Shown: one piece after another, positions 31,782-40,966 of the stretch | Layout of the letters: each line of letters begins with the position of its first letter | Numbering within the stretch: the stretch's first letter is position 1 | Assembly (NCBI GenBank): GCA_964247055.1 | Contig: OZ176053.1 | Location: 8,680,001-8,744,000, forward strand | DNA: 64,000 nt | From: Paragordius varius | Taxonomy: Eukaryota; Animalia; Nematomorpha | Direction: 5' to 3' | Program-made: the position numbers and the translations under genes | The notes under the pieces: model-generated | Told to the model about the DNA's origin: nothing | Database searches by the model: none | Seen by the model: only the letters and a program-made list of their open reading frames with translations

Positions 31782-32428
31782 TACCATTAACACTTCAAGA
31801 GTGTCCTTGAACAATTCAAGTTGGTCCTTGAACAATTCAAGTTGGTCCTTGAACAATTCAAGTTGGTCCTTGAACAATTCAAGTTGGTCCTTTAACTTTT
31901 TTGTTTTGTTTTTAACTTTTATCAATCAAATCGAAAATAATTCATCTATTTTATGTTTTTAACCTTTTTTCTATTTTTTAACATAAATTTTAAATCGATT
32001 ACAACTTTTAATCTTTGAAAACCGTATATCTTTATTAATTTCTTAAAATAAATTTAAATATTTATAAGATTTTAACACGAAATGAAAAAATATATAAGTT
32101 TTCGGGGTTATAAATTAAAATTTTTTATTAAAAACATTTAAAAGTCAATAATTTTGTTCAATTGAAAAAAATAGTTTTAAGAAAAAAAATTGGTTTTTCA
32201 ATAAAAAATTTATTTTTAAATGAATAAATATATAATAAATAAAGAAAATTAGGTTAATAAATAATTAAATAAAAAAATAAATGCAAAAATCATGGTTAAA
32301 TTAAAATTTATAATTTTAAGGACCAATTTGAACTGTTCAAGGACCAACTTGAATTGTTCAAGGACCAACTTGAACTGTTCAAGGACCAACTTGAATTGTT
32401 CAAGGACACTCTTGAAGTGTAAATGGTA
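31782..32428. mobile_element. Foldback-type non-autonomous DNA transposon (MITE), 647 bp, 111-bp TIRs each containing four 21-bp tandem repeats, TA target-site duplication (Tc1/mariner-like by TSD)
   Basis: Left TIR 31782-31892 is TACCATTAACACTTCAAGAGTGTCCTT + (GAACAATTCAAGTTGGTCCTT)4. Right TIR 32318-32428 is its reverse complement with 4 mismatches. TA lies at 31780-31781 and 32429-32430. The uninterrupted paralogous site GAAAAATAATGGTTC at about 32857-32871 has a single TA. The core is very AT-rich and non-coding. Confidence 0.93.
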
Positions 32429-34808
32429 TAATGGTTCATTGGTGAAATTACTAATATCTACACGCTTAAAATTATTTGATTGTTGAAAGGTAATGGGTGA
32501 TTGGTGGATATACTAATAAAACCACGCTTAAAATTATTTGATTGTTATAAAGTAATGTTTGATTGGTGGAAACACTAATACCTACACGCTTAAAATTATT
32601 TGACTGTTGAAAAGTAATGGTTGATTGGTGGAAATACTAATACCCGCACGCTTAAAATTATTTGATTGTTGAAAAATAATGGTTCATTGGTGAAATTACT
32701 AATACCTACACGCTTAAAATTATTTGACTGTTGAAAAATAATGGTTTATTGGTAAAATTACTAATACCTACATGCTTACAATCATTTGATTGTTAAAAAC
32801 TAATGGTTGATTGGTGGAAATACTGATACACACACACTTACAATTATTTGATTGTTGAAAAATAATGGTTCATTGGTGAAATTACTAATATCTACACGCT
32901 TAAAATTATTTGATTGTTGAAAGGTAATGGGTGATTGGTGGATATACTAATAAAACCACGCTTAAAATTATTTGATTGTTATAAAGTAATGTTTGATTGG
33001 TGGAAACACTAATACCTACACGCTTAAAATTATTTGACTGTTGAAAAGTAATGGTAAATTACTAATACCTACACGCTTAAAATTATTTTAGTGTTGAAAA
33101 GTAATGGTTGATTGGTGGAAATACCAATACACGCACGCTTACAATTCTTTGATTGTTGAAAAGTAAGGTTGATTGGTAAAATTACTAATACCTACACACT
33201 TAAAATTATTTTAGTGTTGAAAAGTAATGGTTGATTGGTGGAATTACTATTACCCCTACGCTTACAATCATTTGATTGTTGAAAAGTAATGGTTGATTGG
33301 TGAAATTACTAATACCTACATTCTTAAAATTATTTGATTGTTGAAAGGTAATGGGTGATTGGTGGATATACTAATATAACCACGCTTAAAATTATTTGAT
33401 TGTTATAAAGTAATGTTTGATTGGTGGAAACACTAATACCTACACGCTTAAAATTATTTTAGTGTTGAAATGTAATGGTTCATTGGTGAAATTACTAGTA
33501 GCTACACGCTTAAAATTATTTGACTGTTGAAAAGTAATGGTTGATTGGTGGAATTACTATTACCCCTACGCTTACAATCATTTGACTGTTGAAAAGTAAT
33601 GGTTGATTGCTGGAAATACTAATACCTACTTACAATTATTTGATTGTTGAAAACTAATGGTTGACTGGTGGAAATACTAATATTTACACGCTTACAATTA
33701 TTTGATTGTTGAAAAGTAATGGTTGATTGGTGGAAATACTAATACCCGCACGCTTAAAATTATTTGATTGTTGGAAAAATAATGGTTCATTGGTGAAATT
33801 ACTAATACCTACACGCTTAAAATTATTTGATAGTTGAAAGGTAATGGTTGATTGGTGGAAATACTAATAACTACACGCTTACAATTATTTGATTGTTGAA
33901 AAGTAATGGTTGATTGGTGGAAATACTAATACCCGCACGCTTAAAACTATTTGATTGTTGAAAAATAATGGTTCATTGGTGAAATTACTAATACCTACAC
34001 GCTTAAAATTATTTGACTGTTGAAAAGTAATGGTTGATTGGTGAAATTACTAATACCTACACGCTTAAAATTATTTGACTGTTGAAAAGTAATGGTTGAT
34101 TGGTGGAAATACTAATACCTACACGCTTACAATTATTTGATTGTTGAAAAATAAGGTGGATTGGTAATATTACTAATACCTACACGCTTACAATTATTTG
34201 ATTGTTGAAAAGTAATGGTTGATTGGTGGAATTACTATTACCCGCACGCTTGCAATAATTTGATTGTTGAAAAATAATGGTTCATTGGTGAAATTACTAG
34301 TAGCTACACGCTTAAAATTATTTGACTGTTGAAAAGTAATGGTTGATTGGTGGAAATACTAATACCTACTCGCTTACAATTATTTGATTTTTGAAAAATA
34401 AGGTTGATTGGTAAATTTACTAATACCTACACGCTTACATATTATTTTATTGTTGAAAAGTAATGGTTGATTGGTAAAATTACTAATACCTACACGCTTA
34501 CAATTATTTGATTGTTATAAAGTAAACTTCTATTTTTTTAAGAATTATAGTTCAAACTAACTAAAAGTAATAAGTTTTTTGTTCAAAATTCTTATATTAT
34601 TATTTACTTTATTGGCATTGCCATTTTAGACGCGACTTTTTTCCTAAAGACACAACCGAAGAAAAATAGAATTAAAATAATTTAATGATAATAAAAAGTA
34701 TAAAATTAATATATTTTCAAAATTTGTTGAATGTTGTGTTTATTCATTTATGTAAAACATCAAACTTGCTTATATATAAACACTATTTGAATTTAATAAT
34801 ATCATAAG

Positions 34809-34943
34809 GCTGTTTTTTGTACGAATTCATTATGATTTTAAAAAATATAAAAGATAGTGAAAATCACGATTCAGCAGATAATAAAAATATTTATTATAAA
34901 AAAAGTCGAGTTTGCCAAACTATGTATCCAAAACCACGTAGAT
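34809..34943 (+). CDS. Candidate dystrophin hinge-1 exon (..SRVCQTMYPKPRR); alternative acceptor 34854, alternative donor 34937
   Basis: Open frame after AG. It contains PKPR, as recalled for hinge 1 of human dystrophin (TSSPKPRF). Both candidate GT donors are phase 1, matching the phase-1 start of the exon at 40770. The motif is short, so support is weak. Confidence 0.3.
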
Positions 34944-35489
34944 GTTTAGATCCCACCACATTATAAAATAAAAAATTCCTATCATTTACCTAATATGGAC
35001 GTGTTTAGATAATTTCTTATATTTACTCAATTGAAATTATTAACATTTGGAAAAAAATACATTAAACCTAAATATACACAGTGCACACAATCGGCTCGTA
35101 AAATTTTTGGAATATAAGCATCTGATAGTAAAATGTATAAGATGATGTTTTTAGTTTTTGGCTTGCGAGGGATATGAGAAAAATAACAATTGTGTGGTAA
35201 TTGCTCCATATCAAAAAATCGTAAAATTTGGACACTTCGTACGAAATAAAAGAATTGTAAGTTAAATGCTTCACATCGAAAATTATTGAAATGTATCACA
35301 TATTATATATGGAAAACAAATTCATAAAGTTTTAATTTCAAATCTCAGCTCCGAAATACTCAATTTTTAACCCTACTAAAATAATCTAATCTTTAAACAA
35401 ACGCCAAAATACCAAGATTTTGCAAAAAATTATATGGTAGACTATGAAAACAAAAAATATCATGAAAAATGCATTTTTGTTTAGCGTTA

Positions 35490-38400
35490 AAACAGTAGAA
35501 AAGCACTTTTACTTTACCTTTTCACTTTTTCGCCCGCTATGACATATTGATGTATTTTGCCAGAGCTCAATCCTGTGAATAAACTACCGTTAAAGTTTTA
35601 TAATATAATTATCAACCATTGTTCTCCTATAAACAAAATTAAATTTCCATTTTTGTGACTTCAGTCTAAAATTGGGCACAACACAATTGAACTAAACAGC
35701 TGATTTTAACAAAAAATATCAAGCTTTGGTATAATGTAACCTAAAAGCTTACTAAAGTTAATTATTTACATTTTATCCTTAATCTTCATTTATTTGCCTA
35801 TTGTATTAGGATATAAAAAATTAAAAGAAAAAATGGCGTATAAAATGAGGATTTTTTTATAAAATATTTTTTGTATTAAGCTCCTAAAAGGCTAAAGAAA
35901 GCAGGTTTTTAAATCGATACCCTAAATACTTTTTGAGATTTATATATTCATTCGCTTTGCGATATAAATCTATCTTAAAAGGTCATGAAATGTTAATATT
36001 ATAAACACATTTTTACTTAAATTATGTTGAATATTTATTTAACTTCATACTTTTATATTAAATTTTAGTTCATCAAATTTAAGTATATTATTTATAAAAA
36101 TTCTACTTAAATTTGTAGAAAAGTGTATGATAGAAATTGTTCATAGAAAAAGTGTTATTACAGTAACTTACCGTTTTCACCATGCTTCAAAGTACCATAT
36201 GATACGTACAAACTTTGCCAAAAATTATATTTTAAGTCAAAAAATATATTAACAATATAACATTGCCATCTCATAATTATTCCGAAATTTTGATTTTAAG
36301 AAATTACATGTGGGTTTATACTGCTAGCTGTAAGACTTTTAACTTACTAGTTAATATAACCTTTAACACTTATTCATATTTTAGATATAACTCCTGGATA
36401 CGCATTCATTTGAATCCTTTGAATTGGGGTCGTTGGTGATCCTAAATATTAAAATTAACTGGGGTGGAACGCAAATGGCTTCCCGGGCCGCATTTTCAGC
36501 TCAAAAAAACTGGCGCGCCGCATTAATATATGATTAATCAATAAATATTTCATTGTATTTCAATCATGACACTGTAAAAATTTACGACCACTGATCTGTC
36601 ACCTTTGGCTAAACTTTAAGTAGCAGATTCGCCTACATTTTTAAATGTGAGGGAAATTTGAATGTAGTCTTTACGATGTTCGTCTATAAAAAATTTGATA
36701 TAATTTTCAGCTTAAATAATTGATACTGCTTTACAAAAACTAATTTAAAGGTAGGATGGTGTATAAAGATGTTTAATTACTTTAAAATCCTTTACCAAAA
36801 AATTAATGGTGTCAATAGCGAAATACGTATTCTTAATAAATTATTATTAATATTTTAATATATATAAATTTTTAATATTAATCAGAAATCTTAACATATG
36901 GAGGTATTGATTTTTTTAGTTTTTTCAAATTTTTAGATGAAAATTATTAGAGGGCCGCATGGGGCCCGAAATGATCTCAATTAAATTTATTTATTCCTTT
37001 TAATAAGTTAACCTTTGTCCGGGCGGTCGCTTTGTTAGTCGCTCATTTTTTTAAACATTGACCTAATATAAATTGAAGACGAACAAATATTTAATCAAAA
37101 TTCTGAAGTGATAGAAATGTTTAGAATCATCGAAACATATAGAAAAAGTGTTTTCATCATATAAAGCGTTATCAAATCGGTCCATCATGACTCAAAATAG
37201 TATAAAGCACGCTTCAACAAAATTGCTAAACATCAAATTTAAAGATTATGCAATTTTAAAAAAAATTATTTTTTATATTAAAATTTAACATACATTTAAA
37301 ATTTTTATGGCATTATCCTGGCACGTTTATAATAAATGGACTAGCCCATTTTAGAAGGGTAAAAAATTTGAGACGTTCGGAGCTCATATTAAAAAAATTT
37401 TTCAAAATATTCTTTGTTTTTAGTATTTTATATATATTTTATGATATTTTTTGGAATGAAGCCTCTTTTTCACCAAACAAATTTTAAAAAATGTGCGCGA
37501 ATATTGCCAATTTCTTATATGGAAAACTTACAACAAAAGTGTATCTAACATTCTTGGCGCCTGGTGCATTATTCCGTGATGGCGCCCCCTCCCACTCTAT
37601 GATTCTGTTAAAAAAATAAAAATCAAACCGGGAGCGGGACGAAATGTGGCCGGTCATAAAAAGAAAAACATGAAAAAATATGCACATTTTCTTTGAAAAT
37701 GACGGATTTTTTTGTGGACACTGTATATGTATATTAGGATAATTTTTAAATTTTTTTCTATTTCCGAAGCAGTGTATATTTAATTATTATGCAATATCAA
37801 TAAACGTGGTTTAAAACTTTCAGGCTTATCAGCGACCCATCTTTTAAAATTTTAAAAAATATTGCCTTTTTTATTTATAGTTTATAATAGATTTAATAAT
37901 ATTTTATGTAATAAATCATTAAGCTTTTATAAAAAAATTTTAGTGCACACGCCCTCATATAGACCAGTGATCACAGTGTAATGACTTCCTTACATCACTG
38001 TAAGACTAAAAGCCAAATGCATCATGAGAAACCTGAAACATTTATCTAAATATATATTTTTTTATGGATATTTTTTGTGTGCACTGTATAATATTTAATT
38101 TTACAATACTTTTGTATAATATTTTAATAATAAGTAGGAATCATTGATGGTAACCACAAAAATCCATGATTTAGAGAATGTTTGTTGATGCCAAGTGCTT
38201 GGAATACCCATTAAAATTAGGCTTTAAAATTATATTTAACACTACATTGCTTTTTGGGGGTAGTTTTTTATCTCATAGTCATTTAAAATTTAATTATCTT
38301 ATAAAGTAATTAAGATAAGCCGAATTTATATGCTGTCTTTAGTAGTTTAGGCGCATTATAATTTTTATAAGAATGTAAAATTGTAATAAATCCTCATCTC

Positions 38401-38790
38401 AAACTTTAACTGATATTTTTTTCTATGATTTTTGCCCTAGAGAATAATATATTTTATGGTTAGAAAATGTAAATCAACATTCAAGTTTCAGGCAACACTT
38501 TATAAGCAAAAAACCTGATATAATTTGATTTTAAATATCAGCTGTTTGTTTCAAAGTGTTTTGGAGCTATCCCAATTTTTTAATCTAGAAGTCACAAAAC
38601 TATTGAAAAATATAAGCTTTTTGATTTACAACATGAGAACAATGTTTTATTAAATTTTGATTAAAATAACTCGCAAGTAGTTTATTTTTATAATTGAGCT
38701 CTGGGATATATAGTTACCGCAAAATGTAGACCAGAACAAAAAAATGAAAAGGTAAATGAAGTGTTAATGACTACGCTATGTTTAACACTT
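35490..38790. repeat. Pair of diverged dispersed repeats in inverted orientation (about 35490-35710 and about 38530-38790), probably old TE remnants
   Basis: Collinear shared blocks TCAGCTGTTT, CCCAATTTT, GAAGTCACAAAA, GAGAACAATG, ATTGAGCTCTGG, TGAAAAGGTAAA on opposite strands. Confidence 0.65.
36459..36530 (+). mobile_element. 5' end fragment of the hAT MITE family
   Basis: CTGGGGTGGAACGCAAATGGCTTCCCGGGCCGCATTTT..AAAAAA..GCCGCATT matches the starts of the copies at 56779 and 57632. No right TIR or TSD was found. Confidence 0.5.
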
Positions 38791-40769
38791 AGTACAGCTT
38801 CTCAGTGGATTCAAATTGTGGTCGTTAAATACCCCAGCCTCTTTTTATATTCTTGAAAAGCTATGAAAGGAATCGAACCATGGCAGAAGTTTACACTTAT
38901 ATAACATTAAGGAACCAAAATATAAAAAATATTGATTCCTACTTAATAAAACTTATTATAAGGTAATAAATCAACTAACAAGGCATGTGATGCATTATCT
39001 AAATTTAAAAATAACACAAAATAAACCACTGTTTTTTGTTTCTATCAATGTTAGGTGTGCTTTAAATTAAAAAAATTAGCTAATTTTAGCTTTAAAATTA
39101 AATACAGACGATATTCGGAAAAAATTGAAAATTAAAATCGGTAGTTTGATTTGGATTCTTTTTAAAACTATTTTTTTAGATTTTTATATAATTTATTTTG
39201 GATGATTTAAATTGGTACTGTTTCTTTTAAAAATTCTATTTATTTATCCTGTGGTATTTAGATTGCCTAATTTGAATCAAAGTGTTAATAACTAACTATA
39301 TGATAAATTAAAATACAAATAAAATATAAAAAATCAAAATATATCCTAAAAATATAAGTATTTTATAAATTTACATTCGCATCAATGCAGAATATATATT
39401 ACTCATTTGTGTGAAAATCATTTTCTTAATTTTTATATGTTAAACACCATATGTAATGAGATGGGATCAGCACCGTTTAAATTAATTTTTTTACTTCTCT
39501 GAAATTCAAATCCCATCATTTTTAAATAAAATATATTAAAAAATTATTATTATATTCCCCGCCTAAATCTTATTTGGTAAGTTTAAGTTTTTTTTCTATA
39601 AATATAAAACTGGCCCATTTTATGATATATTAATTTGACTTGAAAATATATGACATTGACATTATGATATGTTATAATTATTGATTATATAATTTATTAT
39701 TGAATTTTTAACCACTGTTTCTTAAATTTCTGCAAAACAAATATTTTAATATTATAACACATCAATAAAAAATTACAAGTATTGATTTGCATGTGCCCAA
39801 TTATCATTATTGGCTCTTCATTGTAAATCTGATATCATATTTATAGGATGGTGAAAATAATATTGTTAAAAAATTTCCATCGTCAAAATTTAATTTTTCT
39901 TTACATATTTTTTGTCAGGTTTTTTATGAATTAAACCAATTTTAGTTGTTGTTTAATGGTAATCTATTTATGGACATTATGTAATTTTTATAAAAATATT
40001 TTTATTAGTTTATTGACTTCACTTATTTTTTGTCCCAATATCAAAACTTTAGAGAAAAAATACTAACTGTATTCAGGTCCAATTTTTTGCTTTCATATAT
40101 TTATTTTAACCTATTTTTATGAAAAAACCACAAAAATTGTTTATTAATAATTTATTATTTTTAATTAAATTAAATCGAATCCATTAGTAGTATGATATTC
40201 TTAAAGTTTAGCTGTAGATCATTAATAGTTACAAATGTATTTATCTTATCTATATATTGTAATTTTATCGGCAAATAAAACCTAAAATTTCTTTTTTCTT
40301 TGACACTCTATTTTTACGCTTATTACATATGCTTTATAGATTTTTTATACCATAAAAAATCTATATTATATATAATATTTATATGATTTATTGATATTGT
40401 AACACTGAAAATTATGTATGCATTTGCTATAAGTTTTTTATGAGCCTTTGCGCACTATGATAATTTACCAACAGCTAATTTTAAAAAATAAGGTGATTTT
40501 ATTAAAGTTGCCAAATAAAGGTATAAACTATGTTTATTGAATTTAATTTTTGAATTCGTAACTAACTAATTTTTTCCACAATCACCAATGCAGTTATTGG
40601 TTACATTAAACATACCGAACATGTGGAATAAATTAAAAGCCATATATATTTAAATTTGTCTCTAATGATACTTTTTTGTTTAAAAAATTGGTATATTATA
40701 TCTTATAAAAAAAATTTAGTGGTGATAAAACTCTTTTTTTATTGAAAAATTTTATACTTTAATATGTAG

Positions 40770-40966
40770 ATAATAATAATAAGAGACAAATACAAAAAAT
40801 GTCTGAGAATCCAACGGAATTTTGCGAAAAAGACAAATACATATCTGCCCTTGATACAAAAATTACTTGGTTATCGAACGCTGACAACGAATTGGAACAT
40901 TCAATAAATTCTACGATAAATTCAGAAAATTTTGATGATATCAAGGAACAATTCAATAATCATGAG
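40770..40966 (+). CDS. DMD: Dystrophin exon (start of repeat 1; human exon 10-like)
   Basis: tag|AT AAT..CAT GAG|gtacag; NNNKRQIQKMSENPTEFCEKDKYISALDTKITWLSNADNELEHSINSTINSENFDDIKEQFNNHE. Confidence 0.85.

Larger units (their letters stand above)
1..34525. repeat. 62-bp tandem satellite array, about 545 monomers, open at the left window edge; consensus TTGATTGTTGAAAAGTAATGGTTGATTGGTGGAAATACTAATACCCACACGCTTAAAATTAT
   Basis: TGATTGGT recurs at 1201, 1263 and 1325 (period 62). Head-to-tail orientation is uniform throughout. The last partial monomer ends abruptly at ...TTATAAAGTAA (34525). The only interruption is 31782-32428. Confidence 0.98.

Noticed and set aside
31765-32486. ORFs with NNSSWSL and RTNLNCS heptad repeats
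   Set aside because: Translations of the 21-bp repeats in the MITE TIRs; no coding signal.
1-34525. CRISPR-like reading of the array (conserved part plus variable part)
   Set aside because: The variable segments are homologous variants of one another, not unique spacers. There are no cas genes and the context is a spliced animal gene.
1-34525. Telomeric repeat or CENP-B-box interpretation
   Set aside because: No short G-rich telomere unit. Strand bias switches within the monomer. No TTCG..CGGG box was seen.
38137-38209. IIDGNHK and LGIP, resembling dystrophin CH1 and CH2 motifs
   Set aside because: They are in different frames, each is closely bounded by stops, no donor follows, and in the real protein they are about 120 aa apart.
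38790-38850. SQWIQIVVVKYPSL resembling CH2 W-x7-YP
   Set aside because: A stop follows within five codons, the SWxDG motif is absent, and it abuts a degenerate repeat.
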